Below are positions 37,937 to 44,859 of a stretch of 64,000 nucleotides of DNA, in pieces. A model generated the notes under the pieces. That model worked only from the letters and a program-made list of their open reading frames with translations. It made no database searches and was not told where the DNA came from. Numbering within the stretch: the first letter of the stretch is position 1; each line of letters opens with the position of its first letter. The DNA is taken from positions 1,088 to 65,087 of the forward strand of contig JBCCTY010000001.1 of NCBI GenBank assembly GCA_039197885.1, read 5' to 3'. This DNA is from Actinomycetota bacterium. GTDB lineage: Bacteria; Actinomycetota; Acidimicrobiia; Acidimicrobiales; Poriferisodalaceae. A program made the translations under genes and the position numbers.

Positions 37937-38646
37937 GATGCCTCCCGGTGGTGGACCTTGGGCCACTTGCCTCGGTCTCGGTGGTGTTGGAGCTCGGCGA
38001 TCGACGGGGCCCGCAGGTGCCTCGACGCGAACGTGTGGCAGCTCTTGCACACTGGGATCCGGGGCGGCTCTTCGCCTGCGTCAGCGACGAGCGGGCCGGC
38101 GTTGCGGTCCCCGATCCTCGGCTCGTCGCCCTCGCGCATGACCTGGCCGTGCCAGCGGCAGGCGGGCCGCCACTTGGTGCCGTCCCACACCGTGTCGGTG
38201 CCTTCCTTGCCGGTGGTCTCGGCTTCGACCGTGGCGGTGACCTTCAGGATCGCGAACCGCAGGCGCCTGGTCGCGGCCTCGGCCTCCTCGGCGGCTTCGA
38301 GGATCTCGCGCTCGAGCTGACGGCTGTGCTGTCGTCGGGATCGTCGACCCTCGACGCGTGCGACTGCACCTGCCTCGACGGAAGTGAGTGGCACGGTGAC
38401 CTTCCGGTCGGGGTGCTCGGGATCGTCGATCTCGGCGCCGCCACCTCCGCGACCGGTGCCGTCGAGGTTGGGCGAGCGAAGGCCGTCATCAGCGTCGTCG
38501 ACATCGGGGTCGTCGAGCAGCGTCAGCGCGAGCTCGAGGCGGGACATCTTCGGTCGGCCGGACACCTTCACCTCGTCGCTGACGTGGAGCATGTCGCGGC
38601 GCGCCTGGTCAACGACGCCGGGAAGCCGGCCTCGGGGGATGCTCAT
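37933..38646 (-). CDS. hypothetical replication-module protein with C-terminal Cys/His cluster
   Basis: 237 aa. ATGA overlap with the DUF3987 stop. Acidic N-terminal half, with CRWHG...CKSCH in the C-terminal half. Confidence 0.5.
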   Translation of the reverse strand: MSIPRGRLPGVVDQARRDMLHVSDEVKVSGRPKMSRLELALTLLDDPDVDDADDGLRSPNLDGTGRGGGGAEIDDPEHPDRKVTVPLTSVEAGAVARVEGRRSRRQHSRQLEREILEAAEEAEAATRRLRFAILKVTATVEAETTGKEGTDTVWDGTKWRPACRWHGQVMREGDEPRIGDRNAGPLVADAGEEPPRIPVCKSCHTFASRHLRAPSIAELQHHRDRGKWPKVHHREAS

Positions 38647-40391
38647 GCTGCGTCTCCTGGGTCGGGGTCGGGTAGGGCGTTGGCGCCGGCGATGAGCTCG
38701 TCGAGGAGTTCGTCGTTGGCGACGACGTGCAGCGAACGGTCGTTCGGTTGGCGCGCATGGCGCGCAGATCCAGGTTCAGGGGCAGAGGGAGTGCTCAGGG
38801 AAGGAGGAGGAGGAACGCGCGAACCTTTAGTGACATGCGCGCCATGCGCGCCACCTTCGTCGACGCTGAGTGGTTCTGACCCGTTTCCGTGGTCAAGGTG
38901 GCGCGCATGGCACAAGGTGGCGCGCAGGTCGGGGTGGCACTCGAACTCGTTCCTCTGGCCTCGCTTCGGGGTCCGCCAGTTGGGCCGGAGGGGCCTGACG
39001 AGGTCTCGCTCGACGAGTCGGGCGACGAGGTCGAGGAGTTCCTCGGCGGTGTCACGGGACCGCCGGAAGCGGCCACCACGGTTGATGTCCCGAGTCGTGA
39101 AGATCGGGTTGTCGTGCTCGTTCACGAGCCAGTCGATGAGGTCCTGGGCTTCAGCCATCTCGGGGCTCAGGTCGCCGTAGGCGGCGACGGCGTGCCCGAG
39201 CCACCACTCGCCGACGGCTTCGGCGCGACGGTAGGTGTGGATGTCGACGTCGTCGTTGGGGGTGAAGCCGTCGGCGACGTGGAGGATGAGGGCGAGGCGG
39301 AGCACGGAGCTGGTGACCTTCTCGGGGATCCCGGCGAGGGGGCTCAGGGGGCCGTCGGCGCCTCGTCGTGCTTCGAGGGTGTTCCGCCAGGCGTTGAACG
39401 CGTTGTAGGCGTCGGTGGCGAGCCGGTAGGTGATGTCGTCGGTGCGGCCCCATGGGTGGGTGCGGGTGATCTCGGTGAGGTGCTCGGTCCACTGGTGGGC
39501 GGCGACGGGGTCGAGGGGGTCGATGGTGGTGTAGTCCCGCTGGCCGACGAGGGAGGGCGGCACGGCGATCATGAACCGGTCGGAGAGCCCGCGGCCGGTG
39601 AAGTCGGGGTCGGCCTTGATGAGGGACTCGACGATGCGGGGCTGCGGGGTGAGGAGCATGGTGGCTCGGGCCCGTCGGATCTGGGCTGAGCGGGAGAGGC
39701 GGCTGACCTTCACGTCGCCGCCGGACCAGGCTTGGAGGAGGGTCTGGATGTTGGCGGAGCGTCCGGTCTCGACGAGGCGGCTCACGGTGTCGAGCACGCC
39801 GGCTTCGTCGGAGAGCACGGCGACGGTGCCGCGGTTGGCGGCGAGGGCCTTCTCGAGGCTCTCGGTGTTGGTGTCGTCGAGGATCGGCTCTGGTTCGTCG
39901 GGGAGGGCGGCGTCGTCGAGGGCTTCGAGCGCGGCGATGAGCTCGTCGGTGTTGCCGCTCATCTCGGCGTCCTTCACGGCGAGCTCGGCGACCTTGCGGT
40001 GGGCGAGCGCGTGGCGGGCGGCGTCTTCGTGCTGGCGCTTCCACTGGTCGGCGAGGTCGTCGAGAGGGGCGGTGAGCGCGTTAAACACGGGGCTCTTGCC
40101 GCTCCCCGGTGGCATGGCGCAGACGAGGTAGAGGTTCGCTGCTTCGGTCCAGCCGTCGGTGACGGTGAGGGTGGCGCGGCCGTGGGTGAGCGCAGCGGAC
40201 AGGGTCCCCAGGGCGACGGTGACGGGCAGCTCGACGGGTACCCGCATGTGGGCGGCCAGGTTGTCGCACCGGGCCTGGATCCAGTGGGGGAGCACCCCTC
40301 GGGGGAACTCGGGGGCTGGTGGGGCGACGGGGAGCGGTACGGGCGGGTCCCAGGGGTCGCCGGCTCGTTGCTCGATGTCGTCGATGCTCAC
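38643..40391 (-). CDS. DUF3987-type replication protein (primase-associated helicase-like)
   Basis: 582 aa with a P-loop-like PPGSGKSPV and overall resemblance to YfjI/DUF3987 phage/plasmid replication proteins. The family call is by eye. Confidence 0.6.
   Translation of the reverse strand: MSIDDIEQRAGDPWDPPVPLPVAPPAPEFPRGVLPHWIQARCDNLAAHMRVPVELPVTVALGTLSAALTHGRATLTVTDGWTEAANLYLVCAMPPGSGKSPVFNALTAPLDDLADQWKRQHEDAARHALAHRKVAELAVKDAEMSGNTDELIAALEALDDAALPDEPEPILDDTNTESLEKALAANRGTVAVLSDEAGVLDTVSRLVETGRSANIQTLLQAWSGGDVKVSRLSRSAQIRRARATMLLTPQPRIVESLIKADPDFTGRGLSDRFMIAVPPSLVGQRDYTTIDPLDPVAAHQWTEHLTEITRTHPWGRTDDITYRLATDAYNAFNAWRNTLEARRGADGPLSPLAGIPEKVTSSVLRLALILHVADGFTPNDDVDIHTYRRAEAVGEWWLGHAVAAYGDLSPEMAEAQDLIDWLVNEHDNPIFTTRDINRGGRFRRSRDTAEELLDLVARLVERDLVRPLRPNWRTPKRGQRNEFECHPDLRATLCHARHLDHGNGSEPLSVDEGGAHGAHVTKGSRVPPPPSLSTPSAPEPGSARHARQPNDRSLHVVANDELLDELIAGANALPDPDPGDAA
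38748..38930. repeat. iteron cluster: six GGCGCGCA copies in three pairs (candidate ori) inside the DUF3987 gene 3' end
   Basis: Plus-strand copies at 38750, 38759, 38900 and 38919; minus-strand copies at 38836-43 and 38845-52. The 13-mer AAGGTGGCGCGCA occurs three times. A purine tract lies at 38798-38815. Confidence 0.6.
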
Positions 40392-40414
40392 CAGACGCCG
40401 ATCGTCGTGGAAAA

Positions 40415-40463
40415 GCGGCGTCGTCTATTGACTTCGATTATGCGGCGTCGGATAATGGCTTCA
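40415..40463 (+). promoter_or_regulatory. sigma-70-like promoter TTGACT-17-GATAAT with ATG 7 nt after the -10 (leaderless), bracketed by GCGGCGTCG direct repeats
   Basis: -35 at 40428-33, -10 at 40451-56, ATG at 40463. 9-mer repeats at 40415-23 and 40442-50. Confidence 0.6.
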
Positions 40464-40678
40464 TGAACGCCACGCAGATCTCGGCCACCAGCGACCGTAT
40501 CCGCCACAACGTCGACGTCATCCGCTCGACCGAGTGGTCCGACGGGCACCCCGTCGAAGAGGACGACCTCGTCCCTGGGCGCATGGCTGCCATCGGTGGG
40601 TTCTCGCTTCCCGACGAGTGCCGAGGCGGCTCCACCGACGACGTGATGCGCCTCCTGGAGTCCTGGGGCGCGTCGTGA
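40463..40678 (+). CDS. small acidic hypothetical protein (plus-strand cassette, gene 1)
   Basis: 71 aa with high GC3. Its stop overlaps the next start (GTGA). Confidence 0.5.
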   Translation: MNATQISATSDRIRHNVDVIRSTEWSDGHPVEEDDLVPGRMAAIGGFSLPDECRGGSTDDVMRLLESWGAS

Positions 40679-40830
40679 GCCAGGGCCGTGGCCGACCGGC
40701 CGTGGGTCCTCGGGTCGCGGTGCGACTGCCAGTCGACGTGCTGGCTGAGGTCGATGCGTGGGCCGAGCAGCACGACTCGACGCGTGCCGAGGTGCTCCGG
40801 CAGATCGTGACCGACTGGGCGCGGCAGTAG
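40675..40830 (+). CDS. ribbon-helix-helix (CopG/Arc-like) protein (plus-strand cassette, gene 2)
   Basis: 51 aa. RVAVRLPVDVLAEVDAWAEQHDSTRAEVLRQIV fits a strand-helix-helix pattern. Confidence 0.55.
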   Translation: MSQGRGRPAVGPRVAVRLPVDVLAEVDAWAEQHDSTRAEVLRQIVTDWARQ

Positions 40831-40834
40831 CCAT

Positions 40835-41494
40835 CTAGGCCGCCTCTCGCTGCGCCCGGATCGTGGCGTGGAGCTGGCGGCCGAGGAACTCGGTGTAGAC
40901 CGGTGGGATGGCCTGCGACAGGGTTTCGAGGGGCAGCCAGTCGATCTCCATGCCGATGCGCTGCCGAGCGATGGGGATCCGGTAGACACCGACCTCGATG
41001 GTGCGGCGGAGGTTGGTGCGGTTCGTGGCCGGCGGGAACCGCGGCGTCTGCCACCCGTGACTGCAGGGAGGAGCGACGAGGCGGACGTTGCTCTCGAAGA
41101 GGCGATGGCGACGGACATCGAGGCCGAAGCTCGAGCCACAGAGCCGCACGGGGTCCACGAGGTGTGCTGCGGCCTGCTCGACGTTCTCGATGATCCAGGG
41201 CAGTCCGGTGGCCTCGAGCAGCTCGCGGGTCTGAGGGATCAGGTTCAGGGCGCCGTCACCGACGCCGTGACCCTTCCGGCGGTAGGCGGTGGCGAACTGG
41301 CACGGCGGGGATGCGTGGACAGCGTCAAACCCGTCGGCGATCAGGCCCGGGAACTGCTCCAGGGCGTCGGCCTTGACGAACTCGAATGGGTAGTCGGGCT
41401 GGTCGTGGAGGTCGATGCCGACGACGTCAAAGCCGGCGCGGTGGTAGCCCATGGCGGCGCCACCGCCGCCGCAGAACAGGTCGAGGAGCCTCAT
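40835..41494 (-). CDS. compact DNA (cytosine-5)-methyltransferase
   Basis: DLFCGGGG (motif I), SPPCQ (IV), ENV (VI), RRHRLF (VIII), QAIPP (X). About 219 aa from ATG 41494. Confidence 0.85.
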   Translation of the reverse strand: MRLLDLFCGGGGAAMGYHRAGFDVVGIDLHDQPDYPFEFVKADALEQFPGLIADGFDAVHASPPCQFATAYRRKGHGVGDGALNLIPQTRELLEATGLPWIIENVEQAAAHLVDPVRLCGSSFGLDVRRHRLFESNVRLVAPPCSHGWQTPRFPPATNRTNLRRTIEVGVYRIPIARQRIGMEIDWLPLETLSQAIPPVYTEFLGRQLHATIRAQREAA

Positions 41495-41509
41495 CGCACA
41501 CCTGCGATG
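41492..41509. promoter_or_regulatory. palindrome CATCGCA-CACC-TGCGATG covering the C5-MTase start codon
   Basis: Perfect 7-bp arms, and the ATG (41494-41492) lies in one arm. Confidence 0.35.
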
Positions 41510-41558
41510 TCGCACCCCTTCGCTTCCCTCTCGAACACCTGTTCCCTACGGTTGGGGG

Positions 41559-41765
41559 ATGGCGAGGTACGTGCTGAGGGGCGGTCCGGTGCAGCTTGAC
41601 GGGGAAGTGGTCGAGGGTCCCGGCGGGGCGCAGGAGATGGTGTGGCCGAACTACGAGTCGGGGCCGCAGCGGTCGTGTGTGCTGCGGTACCGGTCGCAGA
41701 TGGGCACGCTCGAGACGCTGGACGATGGTCGCCAGGCGATGGTGCTGCGCTTCGACGACGGGTGA
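41559..41765 (+). CDS. small hypothetical protein, plus strand, divergent from the C5-MTase
   Basis: 68 aa from ATG 41559 after TTGGGGG, with high GC3. Convergent with the next minus-strand gene, 3-bp gap. Confidence 0.5.
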   Translation: MARYVLRGGPVQLDGEVVEGPGGAQEMVWPNYESGPQRSCVLRYRSQMGTLETLDDGRQAMVLRFDDG

Positions 41766-41768
41766 CCG

Positions 41769-42053
41769 TCATGCCGCTACCGAGTCCCCGCGGGCGAGCC
41801 GGAGCTCCTGGCACTCGGTCTCGAGGCGTTCGATGCGGTCGATGAGCCGGCCGATCACCCGGCTGAGCCGCTCGACGTCATCGACGGCGCGCCGGGATCG
41901 TTCGGGGTCGGTCTTGAGCAGGGCGAGGCGGGTGTAGAGGTCCACGGCGACGGTGCCGGAAGCGCGAGCGACGAGGTCGCCGTCGTGCAGTCCGCGGTCG
42001 TAGAGCAGTGCGAGCGCGTCGGCAGGATCGAGGTAGTTCGGGGTGCCGGTCAT
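41769..42053 (-). CDS. hypothetical coiled-coil protein
   Basis: 94-aa ORF whose ATG lies immediately after the tRNA-like element. Confidence 0.5.
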   Translation of the reverse strand: MTGTPNYLDPADALALLYDRGLHDGDLVARASGTVAVDLYTRLALLKTDPERSRRAVDDVERLSRVIGRLIDRIERLETECQELRLARGDSVAA

Positions 42054-42104
42054 GCGTCCCCGCCCAGGGCTCGAACCTGGGTGCCTGCCAGCCGGGGGGA
42101 AGGG
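42054..42104 (-). other. tRNA top-half-like element (T-arm plus acceptor-like helix), not a complete tRNA
   Basis: Minus strand TCCCCCC-GGCTGGCAGGCAC-CCAGG-TTCGAGC-CCTGG-GCGGGGA-C. It fills the whole 51-nt intergenic gap. Confidence 0.5.
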
Positions 42105-42323
42105 TCAGGACTCGTCGGCCCACAGGCCGAGGTCGATGTAGAGCTCGCCGCTCTCGGTGGCCCGCACATCGACGGACATCGACACGACTCCGCCGTCTTG
42201 GTCCTCGACGGTCACCTCCTCGATGAAGGCTTTGGCCTCGGTGATCGACATCAGGTCGGGCATCCAGAAGCCGTCGCCGGTGCCGTCGCCCTCCGGCCAG
42301 CGGCACTTCACGCGCAGGCGCAT
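42105..42323 (-). CDS. small acidic hypothetical protein
   Basis: 72-aa ORF whose start shares a base with the upstream stop. Confidence 0.5.
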   Translation of the reverse strand: MRLRVKCRWPEGDGTGDGFWMPDLMSITEAKAFIEEVTVEDQDGGVVSMSVDVRATESGELYIDLGLWADES

Positions 42324-42835
42324 CAGAACGGCCGGTTGGGGTCGGCCGGTTCGCTGGCCGCTGGGGCGGGGTCCTCGCTCGGGGCCTGGGCGGGCGGCTG
42401 CGCCGCGGGCTGCGGTGAGCTCGTGCGGACGTGGGCGACGATGTAGTTGCGCATCGGGTTGCCGCCGTGCGGGTTCGGCTTGTCGGTGAGGCGCTTGATG
42501 CCCATCGAGCCGCGGAGGTCGATGCCGCCGTTGTCGATGACGTTCTGGATGGCCTCGCGTCCGATGTGGCAGTTCAGGTGCACGGCCCAGCGGCGGCCGG
42601 CGACCTGGCGTCCTTCTCGGTCGGTGGAGGTGAGGTCCTCGTTGGTGTGGCCGGTGACGATCGGGAACTTCGGCGGCAAGGTGCCGTTGGGGCGAGCGTC
42701 GGGCTGCTTCCAGTCGATCGACTCGAGCGTGGCGAAGTCGATGCGTTGGCCTTCGGCGAGGAGCATCGCCGGGGCGTAGTCCCGGTTCGCGTTCTCCTCG
42801 GCCTGCTTCATGAGGTCGTCGAGCGGGTCGCTCAT
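42323..42835 (-). CDS. hypothetical protein with Pro/Ala/Gln linker and SSB-like C-terminal tip (..DPNRPF)
   Basis: 170 aa. ATGA overlap with the upstream gene. No canonical OB-fold SSB N-terminus recognised. Confidence 0.45.
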   Translation of the reverse strand: MSDPLDDLMKQAEENANRDYAPAMLLAEGQRIDFATLESIDWKQPDARPNGTLPPKFPIVTGHTNEDLTSTDREGRQVAGRRWAVHLNCHIGREAIQNVIDNGGIDLRGSMGIKRLTDKPNPHGGNPMRNYIVAHVRTSSPQPAAQPPAQAPSEDPAPAASEPADPNRPF

Positions 42836-43425
42836 CGGTGGGTCTCCTTGGGTTCGGTGTGCTTGAGGACGGTGTTGGCGATGGAGTGGGCGGCGGTGCC
42901 GTCGATCTCGACGGTCGTCCAGAGCGTCCCGGTGGGGTGTTGGACGGTGACGACGCAGCGCCAGCCGTCTCGGTTGGTCATGGCGGTCACGGCGCGGCGG
43001 TGGCCGAGCTCGCTGCCTTCGCCGGCTTCGACGACGGTCCAGTACTCGACGCCGTCGTCTTCGTCGTCGACGTGCACGACCAGCTCGCCGGCGGCGATCC
43101 GGTCGAGCACCTGGGTGGCGGCGGTGACGCCGTCGTAGGTGTCGATGTCGGCGTCGGCGAAGGCGAGCACCGCGGCCATCTGGTCCTTCAGGGTGACGCC
43201 GGCGTCCCGCATCGAGTTCATGAGGCGGGCCTTGGCCTCACCGAGCACCCGGGGGTCAGCGTCGGCGTTGAACCCGACCCGGGCGTCGATCGAGGCGTTG
43301 ATCGCTGCCTCCTGGGCGGGCGTCCACGGGCCAGGAGGAGGTGGGATGTGGTCGGGCCACTTGGCCCACAGGTCGGCCTTGGTGTCCTCGTCGAGGGCTC
43401 GGAGGGTGTCGAGGGTGGAAGTCAT
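42832..43425 (-). CDS. hypothetical recombination-module protein
   Basis: 197 aa from ATG 43425 (ATGA overlap). Confidence 0.45.
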   Translation of the reverse strand: MTSTLDTLRALDEDTKADLWAKWPDHIPPPPGPWTPAQEAAINASIDARVGFNADADPRVLGEAKARLMNSMRDAGVTLKDQMAAVLAFADADIDTYDGVTAATQVLDRIAAGELVVHVDDEDDGVEYWTVVEAGEGSELGHRRAVTAMTNRDGWRCVVTVQHPTGTLWTTVEIDGTAAHSIANTVLKHTEPKETHR

Positions 43426-43670
43426 GCCGCCGCGCCGTTCGTCGGTGGCACGAGGGCGGCGATCGCTTCGTCGAGGGTCACGGGGAGTTCGTAGCCGAGC
43501 ACCAAGGTCCCGGCCTTGTGGAGGGCGCGCACGCAGTCCTCGCAGAGCCAGGCGAATCCGAGCCCGCACGGATTGAGGAGCCACTCGCCGTCGTCCCCGA
43601 CATGCCGGTGCGGAGCGACCTCGGCGACGGCCATCTTGATCCGCTCCTCCTGCTCCCGGGTGAGCGACAT
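43422..43670 (-). CDS. small hypothetical protein
   Basis: 82 aa from ATG 43670, abutting the nuclease stop. Confidence 0.4.
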   Translation of the reverse strand: MSLTREQEERIKMAVAEVAPHRHVGDDGEWLLNPCGLGFAWLCEDCVRALHKAGTLVLGYELPVTLDEAIAALVPPTNGAAA

Positions 43671-44491
43671 CAGGCCGCTTCCCCGAGCTCGGCCTGGTCC
43701 CGGTTCACGGCCCAGGCCTTCATGTCCTGGCGGATCGCCTTCGTGTCGGCGCCGATGGTCGCTTCGAGGGCGGCGGCGATCTTGGCGTAGCGCCAGCCCC
43801 GCTCGAGGTCGAGCATGTAGAAGTCGCAGAACGGGGGCCGGTCTCCGGTGTGGAACGGGACGTGCGCTGCGACACCCCATCGCTGGTCGCACTCGTGGGG
43901 CACCCACTGGTCCTCCCAGTCATCCCACCGCCACCGCGCCCGGGCGTAGATCGCGATCTGCACCTCCCAGGCGAGGATCGTGTAGGGCGTCACGCTCTTT
44001 GAGGTCTTGAGGTCGAACGGGAACCCGGCGGAGAGCATCCCGTCGACCCGGCCGGCGACGGGCAGGTCGAGGTCGACGTTGACGACCTGGTACTCAACTC
44101 GTTCGAACGTCCAGTCCATCTCGGTCATGCGTCGCCGGAACGCTGCGGCCTGCGGGGCGATCAGGTCGGTGACGACCGGGTCCTTGCCGCGGGCCTTGAG
44201 CTCGACGGCGAGGTGAAGCGCGCTGCCCTTGATGCGGCCCTCGTTGGCTCCGCCGACGTCGGCGGCCATCTCGACGGTCTCGCGGAGCTCGCCGCCGTCG
44301 GCGTTCACGGCGAGCGCGGCGAGGTCGGAGCGTTGGGCGATGCCCTTGGCGACGCAGCCGCCGTACCACTGCTTCAGGTCGCCGTTGTCGATGCGCTTCG
44401 CGATCGAGGTGGATCGGCGGAACCCGGTGCGGTTGCCGGTCTCGGGGTGTGGACCCCAGTACCAGCCGTACTGCCCGACTTCGAGGCTCAT
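43670..44491 (-). CDS. PD-(D/E)XK-type nuclease (exonuclease-like)
   Basis: GRVDGMLSAGFPFDLKTSK fits D...D-x-K. 273 aa from ATG 44491 (ATGA overlap). Confidence 0.55.
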   Translation of the reverse strand: MSLEVGQYGWYWGPHPETGNRTGFRRSTSIAKRIDNGDLKQWYGGCVAKGIAQRSDLAALAVNADGGELRETVEMAADVGGANEGRIKGSALHLAVELKARGKDPVVTDLIAPQAAAFRRRMTEMDWTFERVEYQVVNVDLDLPVAGRVDGMLSAGFPFDLKTSKSVTPYTILAWEVQIAIYARARWRWDDWEDQWVPHECDQRWGVAAHVPFHTGDRPPFCDFYMLDLERGWRYAKIAAALEATIGADTKAIRQDMKAWAVNRDQAELGEAA

Positions 44492-44859
44492 GCGGTCTCC
44501 AGTCGTCGCTTGTTGTTGCGGAGGTTCCGAGCGGCGTGTGCCTCGCGGCAGGCCATGCAGGTGGGCTCCTCTCGGCGAAGGTGGCGTGCGTAGCTGGCCG
44601 CCGTCCCGCACTGAGCGGGCTGGCGGAGGCCTCCCCGGTCGGGTCGGATCCGGTTGCGTTCCTGCGGCGTCATGCCGGCTCGGTAGCCCTGGTCGTGGGA
44701 GGCGATCTGGGTGAGGGCATCGGCCAGGCACTCGTCGATCACTGGGCAAGCACGACACAACTCGCGCGCTTGAGCGGGAACCGGGTTGCTGACCTCCGGA
44801 AAGAACCACGACGTGGGCATGTGCCGGCACGCCGCCTGTTTGATCCAGCTCGCGCTCAC
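44488..44859 (-). CDS. WhiB-family protein with extra C-terminal Cys motif
   Basis: C-x(~27)-CRAC-x5-C cluster, G[VI]WGG replaced by AGMTPQER, then CGTAASYARHLRREEPTCMAC. GTGA overlap at the start. Confidence 0.7.
   Translation of the reverse strand: MSASWIKQAACRHMPTSWFFPEVSNPVPAQARELCRACPVIDECLADALTQIASHDQGYRAGMTPQERNRIRPDRGGLRQPAQCGTAASYARHLRREEPTCMACREAHAARNLRNNKRRLETA

Noticed and set aside
42054-42140. Complete tRNA gene on the minus strand
   Set aside because: Only the T-arm and an acceptor-like helix fold. There is no D-arm, no anticodon stem-loop and no CCA, and the upstream sequence is the end of a coding ORF. It is reported as a tRNA-like fragment instead.
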